From Sporopachydermia quercuum (lineage: Eukaryota): DNA of 64,000 bases. Of this stretch, positions 23,792 through 34,900 are shown in pieces. The notes under the pieces were generated by a model, which had not been told where the DNA came from, searched no databases, and worked only from the letters and a program-made list of their open reading frames with translations. The position numbers and the translations under genes were made by a program. Where the stretch lies: assembly GCA_001599295.1 (NCBI GenBank), contig BCGN01000004.1, positions 1,120,138 through 1,184,137 of the forward strand, given 5' to 3'. How positions within the stretch are numbered: the stretch's first letter is position 1; each line of letters opens with the position of its first letter.

Positions 23792-25762
23792 ATGTATAAC
23801 CCATTCCACAACATTGGCCACCAGGCGGCAGGTTATGAGAAACTGTCTCAGGAAAGTGATCGAAGCCAGAGACCTAGTAGAAGGAAATTCCGGGGTTTTC
23901 ACATCATACTCAGTTTACTGATAAGCTCTTCTATACTTTTTATATCTCTATGGCAAAATAAACGATACCTCAATGACCATAGTACCAGTGAATATCACCA
24001 GCACAAACAACATGACCATCAAGAGCTATCGTCAGATGTACCCAACGAAAACTCAATCACATCAGAATTTGAATTCAGAGAAATCATATACAACCCAAAC
24101 TGGTTAGCAGGTAGCAAAAGTGTTAATGACAAAGTGTCTAACTGGGATTTCTCTTCAGAGTTTCCAAGCATCCGAATCAAAGATCTCAATATAAGTCACG
24201 AGAAGTATATGCAATGGGCTAAAGATCATACAGATAGAATCCCAAATTTTTTTATACAATCAGACATTGATCCATTTACGACTAAACTGCAAATGCGTTC
24301 AAGTTTGGAGCCAGCCCTAGTACCAAATTATCAAAACTCTCTCAAGGATTACTTTACAACAATGTTAACTATTGAATCATCACCAGAGGAGAAGATAATG
24401 GCTCAAGACTTCTTAGTTGAGTTCTCAGCAACAAATATGATTTTACCCAATGTTACTGATAAACTAACAATAGTTAATCTTGCTGTTATGTCAGCCGATG
24501 CTTATGTGATTTCACCAGACGATGACTCATGGAATAATGTTATTGGAACTCCTGCTTTCAATGAAACTAGTAATGGATTTGGTTGGAATGCTACAGGAGT
24601 TAGAGGACATGTGTTTTCAACGAGTGATAACTCAACTGTGGTAATATCATATAAGGGAACCTCAGCAGCTTATCTGGATTCTGCAGGAGATACAGTTGAC
24701 AACGACAAACTGAATGACAATTTATTCTTTTCTTGTTGTTGCGCTAGAGTGAATTCTCTTTGGGCAACATCTTGTGACTGTTATGAGAAAGCATTTACTT
24801 GTAATCAACCATGTTTAGAAGCAGAGTTGTTTCATAGGGATCATTACTATAAACATGCTTTACAAGTTTTCGAGCAAGTTAAAAGGAACTACCCCAATGC
24901 TCAGATTTGGCTAACAGGTCACTCTTTAGGTGGTGCTTTAGCGGCTTTAGTTGGAAGAACTTATGGCATTCCAGTTGTATCATTTGAAGCACCTGGTGAA
25001 CTATTAGCTGCTAAAAGGTTACATTTACCTTTACCGCCATCGATTCCTTCTATAAGAGATAACATCTTTCATTTTGGCCATACTGCAGATCCTATATTTA
25101 TGGGTGTATGTAATGGAGCTTCATCAAGTTGTTCAATTGCTGGTTATGCTATGGAGAGTCAATGTCATTCAGGGTTAATTTGTGTTTATGATGTTGTGAC
25201 AGACTACGGATGGCATGTAAATATGCTTAACCATCGTATTCATGTCGTGATTGATGATATTCTTGAGTTCTACAGCCAAGCGGCTCCTTGTTTAGTACCG
25301 CCTCCTTGTAAAGACTGTTTTGATTGGAATTACGTTTGGAAAAAGTTCACTGAACCATCAACTACTACAGATGCTACTGCAACTTCAACCTCAACTATCA
25401 GTTTGAATCTCAGTAGTATATCGACAGAAACTTTCTCTACTCGTCCTTTACCATGTAAGAAGCGGAATTGGTACGGATGGTGTATTGAATATGGAACAGT
25501 TGATGAGTCAAGCTATAGTCTTATCACTCGTACTGATAACAGTAGTTATCAGTCTACAATTCCATCGACATGGGTGACAGCATCATTCACAGCATCAGCA
25601 TCAGCATCGGCATCAGCAACCGTCTCTTTTCCAGAGCCAACATCCATAACATCACATATTGATTCTGAACCAACGGAAACACCTACAACTACATCATCAG
25701 AATCAACAGATTTTCAAGGTTGTAAGGGAAGAAATTGGGTCGGCTGGTGCACGAAATGGTAG
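23792..25762 (+). CDS. ATG15: Autophagy-related vacuolar lipase
   Basis: GHSLGG lipase motif, DNLFFSCCCARV, N-terminal TM, Ser/Thr-rich tail ending CKGRNWVGWCTKW. Confidence 0.96.
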   Translation: MYNPFHNIGHQAAGYEKLSQESDRSQRPSRRKFRGFHIILSLLISSSILFISLWQNKRYLNDHSTSEYHQHKQHDHQELSSDVPNENSITSEFEFREIIYNPNWLAGSKSVNDKVSNWDFSSEFPSIRIKDLNISHEKYMQWAKDHTDRIPNFFIQSDIDPFTTKLQMRSSLEPALVPNYQNSLKDYFTTMLTIESSPEEKIMAQDFLVEFSATNMILPNVTDKLTIVNLAVMSADAYVISPDDDSWNNVIGTPAFNETSNGFGWNATGVRGHVFSTSDNSTVVISYKGTSAAYLDSAGDTVDNDKLNDNLFFSCCCARVNSLWATSCDCYEKAFTCNQPCLEAELFHRDHYYKHALQVFEQVKRNYPNAQIWLTGHSLGGALAALVGRTYGIPVVSFEAPGELLAAKRLHLPLPPSIPSIRDNIFHFGHTADPIFMGVCNGASSSCSIAGYAMESQCHSGLICVYDVVTDYGWHVNMLNHRIHVVIDDILEFYSQAAPCLVPPPCKDCFDWNYVWKKFTEPSTTTDATATSTSTISLNLSSISTETFSTRPLPCKKRNWYGWCIEYGTVDESSYSLITRTDNSSYQSTIPSTWVTASFTASASASASATVSFPEPTSITSHIDSEPTETPTTTSSESTDFQGCKGRNWVGWCTKW

Positions 25763-26394
25763 AAAAAGCTCTGTCATGTATTTGGGGGGATACACATTAG
25801 TTTTAATCAATGTCAGCATTCATCAAATATAATGGTTTGTATAAAACAACTCAACATAATGAATGCAATGATACAGACATAAATAATTGATATGCTGATA
25901 GTACAAATCTCTTTTTCTTGTTTTTTCTTTTCTTTTCTTTTCTTTTACATTTTTCTTTTGCTAAGTGAACTTGGGCATTGTTCGGATTGAGGGTTCTAAC
26001 TTTTATCTTTTTATTCTTTTGGCATTCCAATATTTCAATATTCTAATCATTTTCTGAAAGAATAATAATCAAATAGTGAATAATGGTTTTTATTGATTCA
26101 TATTGTATACAGTTTACTTGATCTTCCACCCGGTATTCATGTTTCTTTTACTTATATTGCTCATATACTTTTAAAAGGATACAACAATTTATTTCTTAAT
26201 AATGGCTAGTGCTTACTACTTATTTACTATATACATAAAACCACCATGAAATTCTACTCGATGGTTGATTATTTAAGCTCGACATTCAATTTCAGACACA
26301 ATATTGCAGTGTTAATAGTCATTAGCTACTTAAAAGCAAAATAAAATCACTAAAATCACCTTCAGTTCCCTTGCTCCTAGTTTTGCTCATCTGT

Positions 26395-27600
26395 TTATAA
26401 TAATCTGAATGACTCATACTCACCATCGCTTCTTCTAAGTTTCAACTCCATCTTCAGTATTTGCAAATGTTTTCTGTGCTCATTATCTAAAGCAGCTTCA
26501 AAGCTAACTAAACCATCAATACTTTTGAGTGTCAAATGACCTGCATTAGAAACACTAGAAGCCCCTGTCGTACTGCCACTACTAGATTTTTTCTCATCAA
26601 TAGGGTGAATATCATCGGAGCCTGAGACTATTTGATTTACTAATTGCTCGGTATGTACATGCTTTGAATTAGAAACATCAACATCTCCTTTAACAATGAC
26701 AACATATTCACCAGCAGTTTCTTTCTTGTCAATACTTAAAGGAGCAGGGATCTCATGGTAGGATGGTTTATTCATTAAATCAGTAATGTTTGGTCGTTGA
26801 TTGCCAGTAGCTTTCAACTCTTTNAGAGATAAAGGAGGTCTCAGCTTTTTGATTGCTGATTTGATAGAGTTTATTTTCCTTCTATCAAATGAAATAAATG
26901 GGGCTTCTTTACTAATAGTAATACCCCAGAATGACGGATCAATCTCTTCAATTCTTATCTCAATCTTTTCAAAGCTGTCTCCTTTNACATATAAAGGCAA
27001 ACCAAATAAATCCTTCATTATATGATTTGTTGATAACTTTTCCAGCAGTTTCACTTCTAGTAATTCTTTTATATCATCAACATCAAGTTCGTACTTGCTT
27101 GGTGTTCTTTTACTTCTCCACATATAAAACGGGAAAAATACTTTACCTTGACTGAGTAAACTGTTTTCATTATGTTGATAATCCAGATAGTTGAAACCAA
27201 CTGCTCCTATTACCACAATGGTACCACCTGCTGCCAATATACCAATTAATACACTTTTCCATGGTGAGCTAGATGATGACCCATTCGCTGATTCAATGTT
27301 TTTGAGGATAGCTCTATTTATCTCGGATTGAACCCACTCTGGAGGTATCTTACCATTCCCCTTAGAAGTGTACTTAATTCGTTGGTTTCCGAATGAATAA
27401 TCTGTAGGTTTCGATTTCCAAGAATAAATCGACCTCTTCGAACATAATGCTCCCTTTTTTTCATTGTATAGTAAAGTGCTATTTCCAGCATACCTACTGT
27501 TTATCAATTGACTCACACAGCGGGCGCTACTAGATGATGAATGTGATGCATACGCATGGTTCAACAAGCACCTGCTTTTACTTAGACAATTGATCATCAT
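26395..27600 (-). CDS. Probable single-pass mitochondrial membrane protein (possibly Aim39-like)
   Basis: 401-aa ORF with presequence-like N-terminus and one TM (VLIGILAAGGTIVVIGAVGF); family assignment is tentative. Confidence 0.6.
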   Translation of the reverse strand: MMINCLSKSRCLLNHAYASHSSSSSARCVSQLINSRYAGNSTLLYNEKKGALCSKRSIYSWKSKPTDYSFGNQRIKYTSKGNGKIPPEWVQSEINRAILKNIESANGSSSSSPWKSVLIGILAAGGTIVVIGAVGFNYLDYQHNENSLLSQGKVFFPFYMWRSKRTPSKYELDVDDIKELLEVKLLEKLSTNHIMKDLFGLPLYXKGDSFEKIEIRIEEIDPSFWGITISKEAPFISFDRRKINSIKSAIKKLRPPLSXKELKATGNQRPNITDLMNKPSYHEIPAPLSIDKKETAGEYVVIVKGDVDVSNSKHVHTEQLVNQIVSGSDDIHPIDEKKSSSGSTTGASSVSNAGHLTLKSIDGLVSFEAALDNEHRKHLQILKMELKLRRSDGEYESFRLL

Positions 27601-28312
27601 AATGTTGGTAATTGATAAACAGTACTAAAACCTGTCTAATAATATGTATGAATATATCAATCTATTACTTCATCAAGATAACAAAAGCCCCTGCCTTCTC
27701 TCAGAACTGGTCAAGTCGTGCTCTTGATGATAACAAGAAGGATGGTATAAGAGCAATCAGTGCTTCACAAGAGGAGAGTAAGCTTTAGAATAGTAAACTC
27801 GCTAATTGAACTATCGAACAAACAGCTTTCTCAATACATCTACTGGTTTGATTTATTGCTTGATAATGAGTTATTACAATAATAGTACAACGAATTAGTT
27901 ACAGATATATTATGTTGTCTATCAGTTGAGTAGCTATTTATTTGTCTAGAATGTGCCTGGATAAAGTTTGATTGGAGAGCATGGCAAGAGAGGGCATCTG
28001 AGAGATTCATATATTGTGCATGATGGTGCATGAGTTTGCAGGAAAGTGGAATATTTATTCTGTGCGATTTCCCAGATATTGAACCTGCCAGTATTATACA
28101 TCTATAGCAACATAAGGACTGAACGAAATTGATTATTTCTTGATTATGTTATCTTAAGCCTACGAACCATGTGAATAGTAACATGTATAACTATGCAGGG
28201 CATAGTAAGGTACCAAATCTTAAAGAGTATCAACCAGTATCAAACTGATAACAATTACTAGAAATACCATAACTATTATTAAACGTTGTCCTAACATAAA
28301 CTAATACGTCAC

Positions 28313-31300
28313 TCATATAACAGGAAAGTTTTCCTCTGCTAATCTTGTAAAGTTTTCGTAACATTGGATTGCCCATTCAGAAGTAACTAATCGAGCAGGC
28401 CTCTTCCGTCTAGTATGACAATATGTTTGTTAGTTATCAGTCTTCTGAGGATCGTTCAGTCAGTCAAAGAACAAAAATATTAATATTAATTCAAGTAAAA
28501 TATAACTTACAATGCTTCAATTTGCCTGATTAGAGGTAGCCTTGATGAATTTGAATCTGAAATCACTACTGACAATAAATCATTATGAATAGTACTCGTA
28601 ATATTGGCTCCCATGAACTGACAACAACGAGCAGCTTTTTCCAGCCGGAAATCCTTCTCAAACAATTCCGACTGGGAAGGCAAACCTTTTCTCTGTTCCT
28701 CATTCAAATTAAAATTCTTCTCCGCTTGGCTGTTGAAATCAGTAAACACGGTTAATCCTCGCAAAGGCAATACATCATGTAATAAATCTGATATTTCAGT
28801 ATCTAACACAGTTTTACTAACAGTCTTATCAGTTAGCTCAATCCTCTTCAACAATTCACTTAACTCATCCATATTTACAGCAAGAGTGTAACTATCCCCA
28901 AACTTGTCAACATGATTTTGAGCAGCTTTCATTGTTTCCTCTCTTGCAAAATGATAATGGGTAGGCTCTATTGGAATCATCATCTTCCTAGATATACAAT
29001 CTAAAATCCAACAAGGTTTCACTATATCATAAGTGCCCTTTCTAATCAGCGTAACTGCTTTCACAACATTTAAATCGGATATAATGAACAATTGCTCGCC
29101 AGGTGCTAATCTAACATTGGGACTATATGCCAATGTCCCACCGTTTCTCACAACAAGTTTCTCAATATCTTTCAGGAACATTCTTTTAGGTTTGACCATA
29201 TCAGATAAAATATCTGAAAAAACACACAAATAGCTTGTTAGTATTAATACAGCCTGATTTTAGTATGAGTTTATGGACAGAAATTGCTCACCCGAAGTTG
29301 CATTTCATCTTCCATTCATAGGTCATACAATTAAGAATAACAGTACTTACAAAAATAATGACCTTGGAAAATAAATGTTTCTTTCCATTTACTAGCATCC
29401 TCCTTCCCTTTATAATCAACTACTTTATATTCTTTCTTTCTTTTCTTCATCTGCTTTCTTCTATTCTCCGGTATCTCGGCCGAGTTCTCTTCATGCTTTG
29501 TTTCTACTTCATTTCTTAACNAAATGAACTCTGCAATATTAATAAAATCACATTCAGTTAGTAAGGTTTTTAACCATAACGCTTTATCCATAGCAGAATT
29601 AAACACGTCACAGCCATCATACAATTAATAAATAACATACCAGAATATGACAAACAAGACTTCCAATCTTTATCTTCTCTTATTTTCCTAAACCTTGGGA
29701 ATCTCAAACTCATTCCAGATCTATATTGTGAGCTATAAATCACTTGAGATGCTTTAATTTCTATGACTATACTATCCATTGGTTTGATCCAAACGTCAGG
29801 TCGTTCGTAATTATTATTTGGGCCGGCTAACTCCATATATTGATTAACTTCTAAATTGGCATCCCATTTATGCCATTTACCTTCGGTTAAATGTTGAATT
29901 CTCGAATAATCAACAACAGAAAATCCTCCCCCTACTTTACAAAATGACCAAAACTTATTATAATCACTACTATATTCATCANCACTTGCTCGCACCCCAC
30001 ATAAGAAACTCGCAAGTTTTCTGCTACGGCTTCCCTGTCCATAAAAGCCTCCAATGATACATAAATCTAAATTCTCACCGTATTCTTCCATATATTCCGG
30101 TTTCACTTTGATCCAATCATCATTTCTTTCATTCACCTTATATTTACTCAAAGGATTCTTTATAACCAGGCCCTCGCATGACATTTCAACTATTTTCTTT
30201 AAATTGTCATAGATTTCATCTGGTTTAGTAGCAATAGTAAAAGGAAGAACTTTCAAATAACCTTCTTTATCCTTTAGGATTCTTCTTAATGCTGCTTTCC
30301 TATCTCTAAGGGCATAGTTAACCAAAGGCTTATCATTCAAATAGACTAAATCAAATGCAATAAACATTGGTCTAGTCATACCGGCATCGAGACTTTCTTG
30401 AATAGCAGCAGTTTTCAAAGTACCAAAAGGGATAATCAAATCGTTTTCTGGATCATAAGCGACCATTTCTCCATCAATAATACAGTTTCTTACATTTGGT
30501 AGGAAAGCATCTGTTAAATGCTTTGTTAAACTGCCATTTTTATCATCTAAGCTACTGCCATACAGATAAGAGTAATCTTTTGCCTTTCTACTCCAGAATA
30601 CAAACTTGGCACCATAATTATCCATATGAAGTTGAATTCTTTCTCCGTCTATTTTCTCTTCCATATAGAATCCACTTTCCGGCATTTTGGAAACCATTTT
30701 ACTATAGGAGTANTTCTGAAATTGTGCAAGTTGTGGTTGAAAACAAGACATGAGGGATACTTCTTGACGTTTTGGTGATAATGTGATTTCCGGATTGTAT
30801 AATTCGTAGCACACTCGTTTCAGATTTGATGTCACATTGAATAGCCCCATAGCTTCAGGATGGAATAAGTTGAGAAATGTTCTCTCTGATGCACCTAAAT
30901 GCATAACTAAAACAATAAATAGTTAGTAGCGAAGAGATGAATAGGTAGCAAATTAGCAGTACTTACATTTGAGAATGATATTGATTAACCATTTCATCTC
31001 ATCTACATTCATATTATCGTAAAACCATTTTAATACTTCTAGTTGATCATTACTATAATAAACATAAAATGTTAGTTCAAATAAACCGAGTCTTCCCTTG
31101 ATTTATGCCAATTAAATTTCAATTTCCATTTCCGCGAAAAGATTAGTTTGATATGAGGTATGCAAGTGAAACCAAGAGGATCCGCCAGAAGCTCAAGCTC
31201 CAATCATAACATATCATTGCTGTTCTTTTTCTCTTTCTCTACCTCCCAGCAAGCTGAGAAGGCAATTTCTAAACCTCTAAAAGCTGGCTTATTGTGGAAA

Positions 31301-32168
31301 CTTTCATTTATCTTGATGATACGAAATATCCTTCCTCAAACATACCTTTTAGCCGAAGCACTCAATTTATCCAAACCATCATTGACATCATCTATTGTAA
31401 GGGATCCATATTCGAATTTAGTAGAACGTTTTCTTATAACCTNGTAGCATCTTTCAGCGAAATTACCAGCGGACGATTTATTTCCTTGCTTCCAATTTTG
31501 AATCGCTTTTCCATCAGCACTATCAACAGGTATATTGACCAACTAAAAACAAAGAAATTCATTCTGTTAGAACTAGAGTACACGAGAATATGAACAGATC
31601 AACTTTCCGGCTTTTATTCACATTAATACATTTATCCCTATGAACTTACTTTAATTATAAGCTTACCAAGTGCATTTTCCTTCAAACCATACATCTGTCT
31701 TTCTCTATCTTTCTGAATAACAGCATTATTAATATCAACCATATAGCTATCAACCATGTCTAATTGAGAGATTCAACTCTAACTATTTAAACTTACATCT
31801 GGCATAACTGATTTGATTAGTCGGTCAGAATCCCCACTTTTTTATCAAAATTCCTTCTTTTCCATCTATCTATACTTAAATGAAGTTCTCATTCACGAAA
31901 AAATGATATACATACTCAGTCTAAAAAAAGGATAGAAATTCTCCCCAACTTCTTTCCTCCACTTATCATAAAACTTTATGATGATTTCCTTTTTCATCTC
32001 ATTTGGCTTCTTCTTAGTAATTTTACTGAGCTTTTGGAAATCCTTCTTTAAAGGAAAAAATAAGTCAGTGATTAGTACACTGAACGGTAATGGAGCACCA
32101 TGGTTCTTTGGAATGTATGCTAAATCAACAGCTTCAGGTTCTTCTACTTTCACCTTAGTTTGTTCCAT
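28313..32168 (-). CDS. DNL4: DNA ligase IV; exons 32168-31916, 31807-31797, 31712-31650, 31542-31346, 31052-30967, 30906-29641, 29530-29351, 29213-28511, 28409-28313
   Basis: EEKIDGER adenylation motif, EGLVIK, WIKVKPEY, SLRFPR, two BRCT repeats; eight GT-AG introns join the ORF fragments in frame (RLIMPD|KDRERQMYGLKE). Confidence 0.93.
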
Positions 32169-33100
32169 TTGAGATCTTTGCCTTTATTATAAAGAATGAC
32201 ATATAATATATTAAATGTTTAGAAACACTAGCAGTAGAAACCTGTTAAAAATTGCTAACAGATGAGTGTCAGAATGTATAAACGAACAATACTTCAATGG
32301 TTGCAATAGTGCACATTTCTGAGACTGATTAGGGATGGGTCCATCTAAGCAGAAGAAACAAAACTAGAGCCAAAACCTGAAAATTATATGCATGAGTCTC
32401 TAACTTTCTCCTAGAATTACTCCTTCCGTATTAGTCTTATTTTAGCTATTCAACTAAGATGACCAGGAAGAAAAAGCTGATAATGAAATTATAAGGGAAA
32501 GGAAGACAAAACATAAAAACGATGAACAGAGGTTGGAAATAAGGTTGTATATATGTTTAAAGTTCATGTAGCTAAATGCAGGTACGTCAAATCATAGAAT
32601 AGAAGGAGTGGGGACTGTCTTTTCTGTTAATGAAGAAGACGACAGTAGGCGATTAGATAGAGATGGAAAAACGCCGATATGTTTAGATCAGGGGATATAA
32701 TTTAAATCTTCAAGCTTTGAAATAAAATCTCATCTAATGCTTTCAATGCAAGTACGAAACTGGTGCCTGCATTGTAGCTCTAATGTAATTAATTATCATC
32801 AAGGCAATATTTAAGGTTTGGTGGGAGCAGCTTGACATACATAACCAGGAAGCCTGGCAAGTCGTTAATTATTTGTTTATTTGTTCTCATACAAAAAACA
32901 CTGAAATAGGATAAGTTCTGGGATAAACAATCATGAAATGAGTTTTGAGATATTCGCTTGGTTTGTTTTATTTCAGTAACCATACATATATATGAAGCGA
33001 GTAATGCGCTCCTCAAGTACTTGACACTGAACGTCAACTAGTAAACCACTTATACTTTATAATACATGAATATATCTATATGAAATCCTTTTTGCTATTA

Positions 33101-34221
33101 TTATAGTGATACGTTTTGAATCTTTTGTGCCAGTTCTGTCTCTTCGGCTTCATTAGAGTATTCATGGGTTTCATTATCATCCTCATCTTTTTCCTTTCGC
33201 TCGCCTTCTTCCTCTTCCTTTTCCTTTTCCTCTTGCTCTTGCTCTTGCTCTTGCTCTTGCTCTTGCTCTTGCTCTTGCTCTTGCTCTTGCTCTTGCTCTT
33301 GCTCTTCACTATCGCTCACTTGCATGCGATTTGTATTTCCTTGCATCCAAATATCTTCATCTTGATTAGTCCTTTTTCGTTCTTCAAATTCCTCATCTAA
33401 TTTTTGCAACCATGCAGCTTCCGCTTCTTTCACACTATCACTATCAGTACATTGCTGATACACTTCAATCAGTTCTCTATTGATTTCTAAAAATGATGGT
33501 CCATACGAAAAATGAGACAATAACTCTTCTGCCCATTCTAAATGTCCTACAATAGCAAAACATGCTGCTAATGCCTCAACACAATTTAACCTCCAGGGCT
33601 TTCCGTAATTTACTGTATTAGCAGCAACTAGATACGGCACTGAAAAGTACAGGTTAGTAATCCCATATTAGTCAATCAATCCGAACCTCCATCGCTAATA
33701 TTTGTTCCCCAGTATTCGAAATCAAACATACGTAGTCTTTCATGTTTACCTCCAATTTTTGAAAAAGGAATTTCTTCCAATCTTGCCCATGAACATTCAA
33801 CCACTGCTGCACCTGACTCTTCAACTACTGGTCGATCGTCAGGACAAACCACTCCTTTACCGTTAGGACTAAATTTATATTGTTAGCATCGCCTTTCAAG
33901 TGCTGTTTTCTTGCACATTTATAATAAATAACCCATTATTAAGTAATCCTTCACTTACGTAACAATAATTCCCTGAAATTTCTGTCCAACTCTCAAAGAT
34001 CTAATCAAACCAAGTCTCTCTAATTTCTTACCACTACATCGTTTGGGATCACACTGATCAAAATCCCACATCGCCAGCTTCACAGGAAATTTTTGCCCAC
34101 CCACTCCGGATCCGTGATGTTTTGTTTCTCTTTGTTTTCTTCCATGATGGTGTCCTCCTCCGGCTCCTTTTNCTTTGCCTGTTTTATGACTTTCATGTTC
34201 CTTATTCTTACCCTTAGCCAT
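33101..34221 (-). CDS. TSR3: 18S rRNA aminocarboxypropyltransferase; exons 34221-33959, 33868-33732, 33639-33101
   Basis: [51 protein letters not shown]; two canonical introns. Confidence 0.95.
33230..33306. repeat. Perfect hexanucleotide microsatellite (CTCTTG) x ~13, encoding an (EQ)n tract in Tsr3
   Basis: Uninterrupted tandem repeat read directly from the sequence. Confidence 0.95.
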
Positions 34222-34900
34222 GATTCCTGAACTCTGAAACCACCCAAATTGCAATAAATTTTCAAACTTCTTAAATGATTTCTATCAAATCAGTAGGGAT
34301 CTCATATCCGGCATCATTTGCTCTCCGTCACGGTCAATAGAGATCTTNACATCGTACAATAAACTCTCCATTCATAAACCTCCATCTGCATGATCACATC
34401 ACTTTCCTTTAGAGATAAATTTCACTGTCCGAGAACAAATTTTCATTTGTATGTAAGTGTCCGAATCATAATTGTCGTCCCAAAATACCACAAATTTATC
34501 ATGTGATAAACTCTGGNCAACGGAATCCTAGTGACAAAAGGGATCGATATAACAATAAGTAGATGGCCTAAATAGATAGGCCCTTACATTTAACTCTATC
34601 ATTAATTTAATATCGTATCAGACGATTAGAAGAAAACTAGTAAATCACATAGTTGAAGCTATTGAGATAAAGCGTCAATAATTTTAAACTACTGAAAGAA
34701 CCACAGAATAACTATTGACTCGTACGTACATCGAATTATAGTTCTAAATTTCTATCTGTTAATCATCTAAGGGGCACAGATCTTCTCATCACGTTATGTG
34801 TATTTGCAAATCAATGGACACACATATCAGTTGTCAGTAAACCATGAATATTGAAAACCCTTAGAAATTATAGAGACTATATCTAGTATAATAGTCCAAT

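Noticed and set aside
28313..32168. Fragmented ligase ORFs that look like a pseudogene (similar fragmentation in GEM1, PRE10 and DID4)
   Set aside because: Canonical introns join all fragments in frame.
33076..33400. Poly-KS and poly-L ORFs
   Set aside because: Alternative-frame and antisense readings of the TSR3 microsatellite.
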